Positions 40,401-52,359 of a DNA stretch of 64,000 bases are shown here, one piece after another. Source of the stretch: Camelus dromedarius (taxonomy: Eukaryota); the NCBI RefSeq assembly GCF_036321535.1, contig NC_087437.1:23438001-23502000 (forward strand). The letters are read 5' to 3'. Positions within the stretch are counted from its first letter, which is position 1; each line of letters opens with the position of its first letter. Under the pieces are notes generated by a model. That model saw only the letters and a program-made list of their open reading frames with translations. It made no database searches and was not told the origin of the DNA. The position numbers and the translations under genes are program-made.

Positions 40401-40823
40401 TACCTTCACATCTAGGCCACGCTGACACAAGATATGTTCACAATAAGTTTGTGTAGAACGAATGACTGACAATAAATTAATAAAAATTATTCCCCTCTCT
40501 GGCTAATGCTATAGAGCCCTAAATTTTACTGTTCACTGATTCATTCTAGTAAAATGAACACAAGTAGAAAGAAATGCTGTGGTTTATTCTACTTATCTGA
40601 GAGAAATCAGGAACTTCGTGCTAATGGAGCTTGTTAAATAGAAATTGCTGGAGTGACAGTTAATGACCTACTTTGCCTCCCCTGGAGTGTCATATTACTG
40701 TATTATTTTACTTTTCATTTACTGAAACATTGCACACAAATTGTTCAGAGTTTTATACTGGGTGATTATTTAGTAGGTCCATTGTAGACAAAAGACTCCC
40801 AGAATAACCTTTTTGTATTTGTA

Positions 40824-40880
40824 CATATGCACATACATGTACAGACACACAGACAGACACAGACAGACACATACACATGT
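40824..40880. repeat. CA/GACA low-complexity tandem repeat
   Basis: Directly visible. Confidence 0.8.
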
Positions 40881-42609
40881 CTGCCCAAAACTTCTGCCAA
40901 AAATGAATAAGCAAAGTGCTTTTACATAAAGCACAGTGGACTGAAAATCCCTGCCTTCAATTTTGGTGTACTTAATCAATCCTAGTAACTTTTTCTCTTG
41001 AGAACAGCTGCCAGTACATACCTGAATGAATTGATACAGTGCCAGCAATCAGGCTCTTGGGACTCCTTTCTGTATCTGACAGACGGTGAGAGTTTTTCAT
41101 AGCTGACTTGAAAAGTTAGATTTCTCCCTATCCATTCACTGTCTCAAAGTCATTTGTTTTTCTTTAAATTTCAACTGATCAAATAAATTTTAAATATACT
41201 CTAGCTGAAATATTTAAGACTTTAACCTTATCCCAGCAGAGGCTTAATTTACAATAGTCTTAGTTGGCTTAATGAACACTCAAAAACTTTGAAAACTACA
41301 GAAACAATATAGTTTCTTATGCAGTTCATCATGGAAAACATGAGTTGTCATTTGAGCAACAGTAGTTTACCTTTGAAGAACACCATGGTCCCTTGTGGGA
41401 CTGTGGGGCCATCTTTCATGGTCTGATCAGGGTGCAGTGATTCTCCCATCCTTCTCCATGTTCCATATTTTGGCACCCTTCCTTGCAGTTGGAACCATCT
41501 TCTTCACACAAATGTACGATACTTTGGAATTGATGATGACGATCTTTTTTGGAAGACATACTAGTAGAGATTGACTTCTGAAATCCAGGTACGCAGGTCA
41601 GGAAGAGTTTATAATTCCTAGAAAATAAATGAACAGAACCAGTACACCCTTCATAAATGACAATAATTGACAACATTTAGGCCACTGTGTCAAAACACTC
41701 ATAGATTGGCAATGGTCTAATGTTGTGGGCAAGCAAAGGCACGATGTTGCTTTATCTATCATTATGATGTGATTATGGTAACATGTGCTGTGTTAGAGTC
41801 CACAGTGTTAGTTTTAGAACCAACATTGATCCATAGTATCCTGTTAAAAAAGACCAAAGCATGTGTAAAAAAAAATGTTGAGATCAACTACTTATTTACT
41901 TAAAGGGTACAACTTCTCTTAATGAACAGGGAAATACTTCTGGTTCAAAAGATTCTAGTTTACTGGGTTATTAAGTCACTGAGTCTTAGATGTTTTTCAC
42001 TGTCTGAATATATTCACATGATGAAAGAAAATCACTTTTCCCCCCTAGTATTCTAAGTTGAGTTTAATGATAGCAGCACTTTGTAATGAAAGACTTTAGG
42101 AAACATTCACTTAGGTCTTTTTTCTTTGGATGTTAAAATTAGGAAAAGGAAAATATTTTGTACCTTCATGTTTTGTAAGTGGTAGCTAGTTACTTGTTTT
42201 TTTTAAAGAAATATTATCTGTAAAGTCCATGATATCTACTAACTAGAAAGCTCAGAAACACTTCCTTTATTAGAAATTCAGATGAATAAAAGACTAAAAA
42301 AGTAAAAAACCAGAATTATTAATTTAAAGGGAGAATTTTACACTCAAACAACGTTCCTGACAACTGGTTTTTCCATTCTTATTATGTAAAAGGAAATTTT
42401 ATAAGATTTGAGATAGAGAGTTGAAATGATGTATTGATTTCACATGTATACTGATTACAACTAAGACACACTCAGATGATTATTAAAAAATTAAGTGATT
42501 GTCTTCACACACATACATACACTTTTATAACTCAGTGATTGTTTTCCCAGAATTCATCATTTCACTCTCACCATTGTGTAATAGCTATTTATTTTTATTA
42601 TATTGACCC

Positions 42610-43027
42610 AACTGCTGTTGCTGGACTGGCACTGATTCACTTAAGCCAATCGGCTCTCAGCTAAGGTGGCCTCACTAGCCTCATTGATTGTTTCAAGGAA
42701 GGGGTCATCACCTGTGTCTGCCCAATCAGAGAAAAGCTGAGAAATACTGTTCAGTGGTGGTGGAAGTGATGAGCGGTGATATTTTCATGTTACGTAGATG
42801 TAGAGTTTAAGCTACTTCAGGCACCTTGCTTCATTTGAGAAAAGACAGCTTGAGGAGAAAGGTGATAAACAGAAAAGATCACAACAAATAAAACTGCCAA
42901 AAGTGGATCTGATGTCTGATCAAAGCATACTTGGAGCTTACCCAGCCACTAGACTGTCTCCTTGATTACTTAAGCCAGGTTGGGTTAGGTTTTCTGTTAC
43001 TTGCTACTAAAAGGGCCTCCAGTTATA
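42610..43027 (+). mobile_element. Old MLT1 (K/L-type) LTR
   Basis: Ends 'cttaagccaggttgggttaggttttctgttacttgc...aaaagggcctcc'; internal 'gcccaatcaga'. Confidence 0.65.
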
Positions 43028-43359
43028 AAGTGAATGAAAATTTATAAGATGGTCCCTGGTTTATTATATAGACATGTAGCTATCAAACAACTGGGAATTG
43101 TTTCCAATGTATTGCTAGCTTTTCAGATTTCATCAATTCCATTAGGCAATATTAGATGATCTTCAATCATATATAGCGCTTGAGCCCCACAGTGCTTTAG
43201 TTTTTAAGTTATTCTGGATACAGCAGTAATTTAACTTATGTCACATGAGTAAGAGTTCAGTATGAAACACCTCATTGAGAGGAATTTTGAAGAGATAAAA
43301 CTGTAGAATTCAAACAAAAAGTAATTTTACATGGACAAAGGTTAATACCTGTAATAAAA

Positions 43360-43600
43360 GTCACTATTTACTAGGCACATGCACCATGCCATGGACTTTA
43401 TATGTACTAGATTATGACTAATCCTTGTATCAATTCTGTAAGATCTGCTTTATTATCATAATTTTAAATCTGAGCAAATCAAGACTCAGAGAATTTTGAT
43501 AATGGGTCACACTTATCCAGCTAATAAGTGGAATCTTGTAAATAAAACCCAAATTCGTTTAGATCCAAAAGTCATGCATTTTATCCACTAAATGCCTCCC
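43360..43600 (-). mobile_element. MIR SINE
   Basis: 'gagcaaatcaagactcagaga...ccagctaataagtgg...ccaaaagtcatgc'. Confidence 0.6.
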
Positions 43601-45042
43601 TTTCACAAATTTGTTTTCACAAAAGTTTACTGATCACTTGGCATATCCAAGACACTATATCAGAAAGTGAGAGTTACACAAGATCATTAAATATATTACT
43701 GAGAGCCAGAGTATTTCATCTATATTGAGAAAAATAAAAAACTACATATATATATATATATAACTGTTAGTATATTAGAGGAATAAACAAAATAAATGAC
43801 AGTCATTAAGAGGGAAAAAAATACACGCATATAAATACCACAAACAATTTTTGATTTCTAAGTGAAGATATCTCTGATGGGCAGCATGAGTTCTATCAAT
43901 GCCTCTTAATTTTGGAAATGAAACTGAATGGATGAATTAATATAGTGGAATGCTTTGTGTAGCGTAGAACTTAGTATTACCCTTTTGAAAGAAACAATTT
44001 CTGTCCCTTAGTCTTGAAAGTTTTACATTTGGGGGAAAGAACTTTCATGTGTCTTTTATTTTTCATGTATAAAGCAAAATGTAACTATTTGGTGGAAATT
44101 TTCACTCAAGACCTGACTGGTATAACGTAAATGTAACTTTGGATTGAGATGTGGTGCCTGTGGAACTTTTTGTGTAGGAGTATGAATTTCTTGTGTCTTT
44201 AGCACATTATGCACCATAAATGTAGAAAATGTCTTCCCTTCTCCCACATCTAGATTTAAACTGCCTTTGACTTAAAAAATATCTATTTTTCCTCTTTAGC
44301 TATGTGAGTGCTTGTGTAAGCTCTTGGTGACAGGAGGTTAAGAGCGAAGTGCATGTGGCAGTCCAGATTACGTGCAGGCTAGAGTATCTTCATCTCTTGC
44401 CAATGTAGAGAATGGAAACAACCGCCCTGAGCTTGGCACAGTGCTACCTGGAGTCCTTTGTTGCTGTGCCACATATGGTCTCATATGAGACTTAATAATC
44501 CAGACTCTTGGAAGCGTATGGTCAACTAATCTGATTATGTTTATCCTGAGGGCCATGGGCTTGATAGTTCTTTATGTGAGTGGGTAGAGTTTCCCTTGAA
44601 GATAGTGGAAGTTCTCATTGTCAAATCCTGAAAAAAGGTCAATTGTAGGAGGAAATGAAATAACTCTTTAAACAAATGAGGAAAAATATTTCTCTTTCTG
44701 GACCTTGTTTGTGGGCAAACTGTGCCTGAGAGCAAAAACATGGAAGTGTTTTCAAAATTCTGAGAGTAGAAATATGTTGTGCCTGCCACATGAAGGCTGA
44801 CCAGGCTAGATAGGTTATAATGGTGAGTCTTATTTAATTACTTACCCAGTATTTCTCTTATATCAACATATAGCTTATTATTCTGTCTACTTGTCAATTG
44901 CCATTACAATGAAAATCGCCCAGGAAGTTATCATTTTTAAAATGTGTGTTATTTCAATGCCTCCATCCACACTGGTCTTACTGCTTCTCAGTCACCTTTA
45001 TTCAGAAAGAAGTAATTTAATTTTTTTAAATTTACTTTTTTT

Positions 45043-45362
45043 AGAAAGAAAAAGACATAAATGAACTTAATTACAAAACAGAGACAGACTCACAGACATA
45101 GAAAACAAACTTAAGGTTATTGGGGGAAAGCGGGTGGGGAGGACTAAATTGGGGGGTTGAGATTCGTAGATACTAATTACTGTATATAAAATAGATAAAC
45201 AACAAGGTCCTACTGTATAGCACAGGGAGCTATATTTAATACCTTGTAATAGCCTATAATGAAAAAGAATATGAAAAGGAATACATATGTATAAGTAATC
45301 ATTATTCTGTACACCAGAAATAAACACAACATTGTAAATCGACTCTACATCAATTAAAAAAA
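45043..45362 (+). mobile_element. Cetartiodactyl L1 3'UTR fragment inserted in an L2
   Basis: 'aaatgaacttaattacaaaacagagacagactcacagacatagaaaacaaac...ctactgtatagcacaggg...acattgtaaatcgact'. Confidence 0.9.
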
Positions 45363-47028
45363 GAAGAAACTTTCTAAAACACTAGTCTATTCGTGTCACT
45401 TTTCTTCCTAAAAATTTTCAATGACTCCCCATTACTTTGTCACAAAGTGGTGTTTGAAAGTTTTGGTAACTAAATAAGAAGTTATCCTGACAAAGACCCT
45501 GCCTCCAACATTTCGTATATACCTTCCCAAGCAAATCACATACATATGAAAGAGCTTAAGAAGCATTTTTCACAAAGAATGAAAAGATAACAGATAAGTA
45601 ATTAAAGAAAAATATATTTAAAATCTTATAATGTACAGAATAATATTTGGTAAGTTCAGCTAATTTTGAGTAAGATCATGAAGTTTTGTATCTGTATATT
45701 TTTCTCATGGATTCTGTCAGTGCAAAAAATGAGGCAAGATTATCCAGTTATTATTTCTTATTACTATAAAAACAGTCAAGCTAGAAAGTTGAGAATTTGA
45801 GAAATGAGGTAATCACATGAACATATTCAGTTGAAAGGTAATATAAAAATACAGTGTATTGTGGTTCTTAGAAGCAATACTTAAGAAGTTAATTCTTTCA
45901 GGAATTATATTAAATGTTAGAAACTATGATTTGCTGGTACTCTGATGTTATTCACTAATCTCTAATTTCTCTTGTTAACAGTAAATCAAAGCTGAGAAAC
46001 ATGTTCCCTTCAGTATATTATGATGCAATTATTTTACCAAGTGATATAAAAATGTGGATTTGTATCATAGTAAATTTTTGTCACTTAAAAAATCCTGTAT
46101 TTCAATCTAAATTAGACAAACCATCAGAAGAATGCAAATCTACCTCCCTACCACAAAACGCTTACTCTTTCACACACAGACCCATACACCACACATTTGG
46201 GGGCTGTACATGTGCTCTTTTGATTACCTAGGAGTCTTTGCTTTAGTAAATAGGCTTTTGAAACCAACCAAAATGGTTTACAAAAGAATTTGTGGCAAGT
46301 TTTAATTTAAAATGGAGAACTGATTTCATAGTTATACACGTAATCTGCTTAGCATCAACTCCACTGACCCACCCTCAACTCTAGGCCAATTGCATTCAAA
46401 TTAAAAGCTGAACTACTCTTCTACATTGCTAGCTGTTGCAGGAACAACTGAAGGAGAAACTGCCAGTTTGGTCAGTGAGTATATGGAGACAGGGGCCATT
46501 TGGAGAGACATTCTTATTTTTGCAGTGATTAGAATATTGAGATACCCAAAGTAATGTACTGCGATTGGCAGGGTCAGGTTATAGATACATTTATTAATCC
46601 ATTCTTTCATTCACCGTCATTTTTATAAGAGTTTGGTAAATGGATACTATATTCTTAATGGCTTATGGATAAAGCAGAAGAAGATAGATAAAACATTAAT
46701 TAAGCAAATAGACATAAGCTCTACAGAGAAAAAAGTCAGAAAATAAGAATAGAGAATATTGGTGGGTGTAATTTCTAGCTTATTTTAAACAGAGAATCAG
46801 AAACGGTCTTGCTGATTAGGTGGCATCTGAGGAACGAGTGGAGACCTGAGAGTGGGTGTTCAGTGGTGGTCCTGGAGTGAGCACTAGAAACAATGGCATC
46901 AGACACATTCAGATGACTGAGGAATTTAAGGAGGTCTGTGTAGGGGGCTGAAAGTCTAAAGGGGAGAATGAGAGGAATTCAGGTCAGAGACTGGGAGTAA
47001 GCCAGATCATGTAAGGCCTGGGGACCCT

Positions 47029-47452
47029 TGTCTCAACTAGTTTGTTCACTAAAATGCATTTCTCCTCTGACTGGGCACAAAGACTACACTGCCCAGTTTC
47101 CTTTGGATCAGATATATTTACATGACGGACTTAACATCCAGAAGATCATGAAATGAGGCGGTATGTTCCATTTCCAGCCCTAGCCCATAAAATATCTGAG
47201 GTTTGATCATCATACTCTTTCCTCATTCACTGACATGAGACAGATAAGCACAGTGATCATGGAAGCCACGCTTAAGAGGGTGGAGACACAAGATTGAGTT
47301 TGTGCCCTGAACCGCCATGGGCAAGAGAACTACCCTCCAATCAGAAATGTGTATTTTAAGACTTACGAGAATCAAAAGTAAATGTTTACTGTGTTAAGCC
47401 ATTAATACCTTTCTGGCTCTGCGATACAGCAGTTAGCATTACATTAACTAAT
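47029..47452 (+). mobile_element. MLT1I/J-type MaLR solo LTR
   Basis: 'gactacactgcccagtttcctt...atgtttactgtgttaagcca...tacagcagttagcattacattaactaat'. Confidence 0.75.
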
Positions 47453-49702
47453 TTGGGCATTGGAAAATAATTTTGCATTTTACTCTAAGACAGATAGGCA
47501 AATGATTTTTGCAATTAACGTTCTTATTTTCCTCCCTAATGTTTTGAAATGTTTTGTGCAGAAGAATGCATGTTCAGATTTATAGTTTTAAAAAAATGAC
47601 TGTTCGCAACATAGAAAATAATGGAGAAAGATGGAAGGAGGGGGTTGGTTAAAAGGCTATGGTTTTCAGTCTATAAATAATGTTGATTTAACTGGATTGG
47701 TAGCACTTGAAGTGGTAGGAATTAGTTAGATTCTTGGGGAAAAAATGTCTGTGGAGCTATTAGCTCTGCTACTACTACTGCTGGCAACCAGCCTGGAAGT
47801 GAAACACATGAGAAAGAAAAGAATTGAGAACGATAATGGTGTATTTGTTGGAGCAACTGAAGAAATGATGCCGGATTTTACTGGCTTTTATTGGCTTTTA
47901 CTTTGACTGAAAGAGCAGTATTTGAGGATGATCAGGAACTCAACTGAAGATACCTTTTAGACTAAATATTAATGTTGAATAGACATTTTAAACATGAGTC
48001 TGGAGTCCAGAGGAGAGACTGACTTTGAAGATATAACTTTGAGTGTTGAGATAGTGTTTAAAGCCATGAAACATATCTAGGGAGCGAGTGTAGCTGTAGG
48101 AGAGAAGAGGGGCAGAATTGCCCCGTGTTGCACTCCAGCATTAAGAGGGCAGGGATAATGAGAGGAACCAAAAATGGAGTCTGCAAAGCAGTGGCCAGAG
48201 AATTAGGATATTAAAATATCTCAGATGTGGTTTTTAAAAGCCAAGTGAAGAAATTTGTTTCAAAAATGAATGAATGAGAAATTATGCTTAATACTGCTGT
48301 TAGGTCAAGTAACATAAGAATGGAGAATTGATTATTAAGTGGGATTCATGAGTGATTCTGTCAATAGCTATTTCAATGGAGTAGTAACAAAAGTCTTAGT
48401 GGGGCACACTCAAGAGGAAAAAATGGGGGAGAGAAATTGGAAATGTGAGTATATAAAAGTCCTTTTAAAGATTTTATTCTGAATAAGAGTAATGGTAGTA
48501 GCTGAGGGGCTGTTGGAATAAGTGAACGTTTTTCACTAAGGTGGGAAATGTTTGAATACATTGGGAATTATACATTAGAAGGGAAAATGATAATTCAGAA
48601 GAGAAAATAATCAATTCCTGAGAACTGAAATGGCAGGAGATTATGGGATCTAGTGCACACATTATCGGTTTAAGTAGGAATATGGAGATCTTAAGAAAGG
48701 AAATCAAAACGAATTGGCACTTGTGTAGGAAAGAGGGTAAATGTGGTGGGAACTTTTAGAAGCACTGATTGTTTTGTATTTCCTCAATGAAATAGAAAGA
48801 AGGATCAATAGCTGGCACTATTAAATGTGAGGGATAAGAGTGTGAGGTCTGATGGGAAGTGAGGAAGCATGATACTTATCTAAAGCATGGGGCACTGAGT
48901 ATATTCTAGAAAGCCACAGTATTGTTAGACATTATAGTGTTTCCACTTCTGGTTAATAATCATTATACGATGGGACCAGTTTGCAAGGTTATATGGTTTT
49001 CTCCGGTTATTAGCTGCCCAGATGTAGACAGAGAGTTGTGTTTAAACAGAATAGTTGTGCTAGTAGAGTGCCATAAAATGAATGAAAAGGAAGAGAGTTA
49101 AGGGCATATCCAAAGACTGATAATGATAGAGAATGTAATTCAATCCAGGAAAAAAGGAATTTATAAAAACAGATTCTGTAAAACAGCAAACAAAACAGTA
49201 AAATTATGGTAAGATCAGTGGTCTTTTAATTCCAGTGGAATTAAAAAATGTTGGAGTCATGATGTGGGAAGATGTTTTGTGGACGTGTTGTGAGTGTTGG
49301 TCAGAAAGCATGACAAATGAAATCAAGATTATGGAGAATATATAGTTATTGATAGTGACAAAATCCAAGTCTATGTAAAATGAATAGTTGAAATAGAGGG
49401 TTAAAGAAGATAATTGGAAGGAAGGGAGTCTGGGTTATTAAGAAAGATGTATATAGATATTGGAATTATAAATAATTACAGCAGGGATTGTGTTGGAGAG
49501 ATAGAGACTGAGGCAAATATGAAGACCTTCAGGGAATGAGGAAGTGACCAAGAGGGCCTGCATGACTATACCAAGGATAGGTTGTGCTAGCTTCAACATC
49601 AGAGGCTTTTTTTCCTAGAGAGAAGGAAGCAACTGAAAGTAGGACACCTGTTCCACTGCAGGCCCACATGGAAATGGTTTGTTAACCATTTAACTGGTCA
49701 CC

Positions 49703-50605
49703 ACAGCTCATATACATCAACATAAAAAAAACCAAACAACCCGACTTAAAAATGGGCTGTAGAATTGAATAGACATTTTTTCCAAAGAGGAGATGTAGCT
49801 GGCCAACAGGCACATGAAAAGATGCTCAGCATCGTTAATCATCAGGGAAATGTAAATCAAACCCACAGTGAGATCACTTTATATGTTAGAATGGCTATCA
49901 TCAAAAAGAACACAAATAACAAAAGTTGGAGAGAATGTGGAAAAAAGGGAGTCCTCATACACTTGGAGGGAATAGAAATTGGTGTAACCACTGTGGAAAA
50001 CAGTATGGAGGTTTCTCAAAAAACTAAAAGTAGCACTACCCTATGACCCAGCAATTCCACTCCTGGGTGTGTACCCCAAAAACCCCAAAAACACTAATTC
50101 AAAAAGATGCTTGCACATCAATGTTCATAACAGCATTATTTACATTTGCCAAGCTATAGAAGCAACCTATCCATCAACAGATGAATGGATAAAGAAGATG
50201 TGGTATATATAGACAATGGAATACTACTCAACCATAAAAGGGAAAAATTATGGCATTTGCAGCAACATGGATAGACTTGGAGGGCATTATGCTATCTGAA
50301 GTAAGTCAGACAGAGAAGGACAAATACTGTGTGATGTCACTTATATGTGGAATCTAAAAAATACAACAAACTAGTGAATATAATAAAAAAGAAGTAGACT
50401 CAGTAGAGAACAAGCCAGTGATTACTGACTGGGGAGAGAAGGGGGTAGTAACATAGGGTTGAAGGATTGGGAGGTACAATCTATTGGATGTAAGATAGGC
50501 TCAAGTATGCATTGTATAACACATGGAACATAGCCAACGTTTTGTAATAACTGTAAATGGAGTGTAACCTTGAAAAATTGTGTAAAAAATTCAAAATTAA
50601 AAAAA
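49703..50605 (+). mobile_element. 5'-truncated L1 (ORF2 C-terminus, 3'UTR, polyA)
   Basis: ORF2 C-terminal homology; A-tail; degenerate TSD 49692-49702 aactggtcacc and 50606-50616 aaatagtcacc. Confidence 0.9.
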
Positions 50606-51123
50606 AAATAGTCACCTCTTGAGAATTACTCCAGGGTAAACATTGTCATCAAATGGGTACCAGGTTTAAATGAGAGGAAAATTGATGAAAATAATGTTTT
50701 AATCTTTTGCTGCACAGTAAGATCACTTGAAACATTTTTTCAAAATACCTATTTTCATTCCCTACAACTGACTCATTATTCCTGTTGTGGTGCATACATC
50801 TTTTTTTGTGTGTGTATCCTAGGTAAATTTTCAGTCCTCTGTATTATTTTATTCTTGAGGTTTAATACTTGCTATTTCCTCCTTCTGTATCTAAGAACTG
50901 ACATTAAGAAAAAAAAAACTACTATTATCTTTTTCCTTGGAAATGGGTGCATGTCCAACAAGTGTGGAGTGGCTTTTCCTCTGGGCAGGGGAATGGGGGA
51001 CAAATAGCCAGTTTTCCAGACATTTCTGTTTCTGATCCTCCCTGATAACATATGAGGGTTGGTAGGTGCCTGGCTGTCTGTGCACAGACACATGAGCTGA
51101 CAGCTCTCTGCTCTTTGTCCCAG

Positions 51124-51296
51124 GTGTCTGCTCAGCCATTCGCAGAGAAATGGAGAACCTCATCTTCCTGGAGCCAAAGTACCAACTCCTTGAAGTAGGC
51201 TCCATGCAGTGGGCAAGGAGGACTTTTGGGACCATGCAGAAGAGCTGACTTGGAGAGAACAAATTGGAGGTGCCCAGGATGATACTGGACAACCTG
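51124..51296 (+). pseudogene. Orphan coding-like exon of an unidentified gene, with one in-frame stop
   Basis: Branch-like gctgac, pyrimidine tract and 'cccag|G' acceptor; 'CTG|gtgagt' donor; 173 bp reading VCSAIRREMENLIFLEPKYQLLEVGSMQWARRTFGTMQKS*LGENKLEVPRMILDNL. Confidence 0.55.
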
Positions 51297-51546
51297 GTGA
51301 GTCTTCTGCCATTGCCCTTCCAACCCAGTCCATTGAGGCTTAGTCTCCCAGAACCAGTCAGTACGAGGCATTAGGTGGGCATGAGAGCTTCCAGCATCAC
51401 AGTTAAGTTGTTAAAGCCTTATTGATTGGCAACTTAACTTTAAATTTGTAGTAATTCTAATAGTAGTTGAGTTTTCTTTGTGTGTGTGTATGTGCTTTTT
51501 TAAAAAAAAAACTGAGGTATATTTGACATATATATTAATTTCAGGT

Positions 51547-52161
51547 TGCCAACAAAAATAATCTATAATAGGAATAGAAAAGATTCTTATTTGATCCAAA
51601 CTAAGGACTATATAGCCCAGGAGAAACAGATTCAAGAAGTACTTGAATTGTGTTACACTAGACTGCAAAATGGGAAGGTTTATAAAGGCTGAGAATACAA
51701 AATTACGTTAGTGTTGTCAAGAATTAGGATCGGAGCTGTCAAGAAGTAAGGGTGCTTGTTAAGAGAGGATTGTTTGGGGTTCAAAGTGGTTGCATAGTTC
51801 CAAGGAGAGACATTGAGACCATAAGGTTGAAAATGGCAGCTGCTAGCAGATACTGTGTTGAGAATGGCTGGTGGTGTCCTTGACTCTGTTACAATTCAGA
51901 GAGTTCACGTTCTCAGTAATGCAGAAACATGTCTGAAACCACGTTCAAAACGGTCACTTGGCTCCATCCTAGATGCCTGAACCACAGTCACTCCATTTTG
52001 ATTTTTAAAAATGCATTCTTTTCTTTAATGGTTAAAGAAAATGTATAATGCATGTTTGGCAGGACATAACACAGGCTGCTCTAGTTAAGACAGTCAAATT
52101 AAATCATACACAAGCCAGAATAATTTCCCCATACCTTAATATGTGAACATTTCTTCCATCA
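51547..52161 (-). mobile_element. ERV1-like solo LTR (615 bp)
   Basis: TG...CA termini; 4-bp TSD aggt (51543-46) and agat (52162-65); cleanly interrupts the L1 3'UTR. Confidence 0.8.
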
Positions 52162-52248
52162 AGATGTATAACATAATGATTTGATACTTGTATTTACTGT
52201 GAAATGATCACTACAATAAATCTAGTTAACATCCATCAACACACGTTG

Positions 52249-52359
52249 GTTTTTTTTCAACATTTTTTTTATTGAGTTATAGTCAGTTTACAATGTCATG
52301 TCAATTTCCAGTGTAGAGCACAATTTTTCAGTTATACATGAACATACATATATTCATTG
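52249..52359 (-). mobile_element. Short young camelid-type L1 3' end with TSD
   Basis: TSD 52235-52248 atcaacacacgttg and 52360-52373 atcaacacacattg (13/14); T-tail; same terminus as the 28.6 kb L1. Confidence 0.9.

Larger units (their letters stand above)
46590..50690 (-). mobile_element. Long L2 remnant interrupted by an MLT1 LTR and an L1
   Basis: L2 3' end at about 46590 ('tttattaatccattctttcattca'); continuous antisense L2 motifs at 47990-48660; the upstream part (48.7-50.7 kb) is inferred from composition. Confidence 0.6.

Noticed and set aside
44472..44491. 14-bp palindrome gtctcatatgagac and tandem CATATG E-boxes
   Set aside because: Several palindromes of this length are expected by chance in 64 kb; the 4-nt spacer does not match the TWIST double E-box (5 nt).
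51246..51248. In-frame TGA as a selenocysteine codon
   Set aside because: No SECIS-like structure seen and the peptide resembles no selenoprotein I know; CGA>TGA decay is simpler.
50891..51371. Minus-strand ORFs of 133 and 79 aa
   Set aside because: Probably antisense shadows of the GC-rich plus-strand exon; splice signals favour the + strand.
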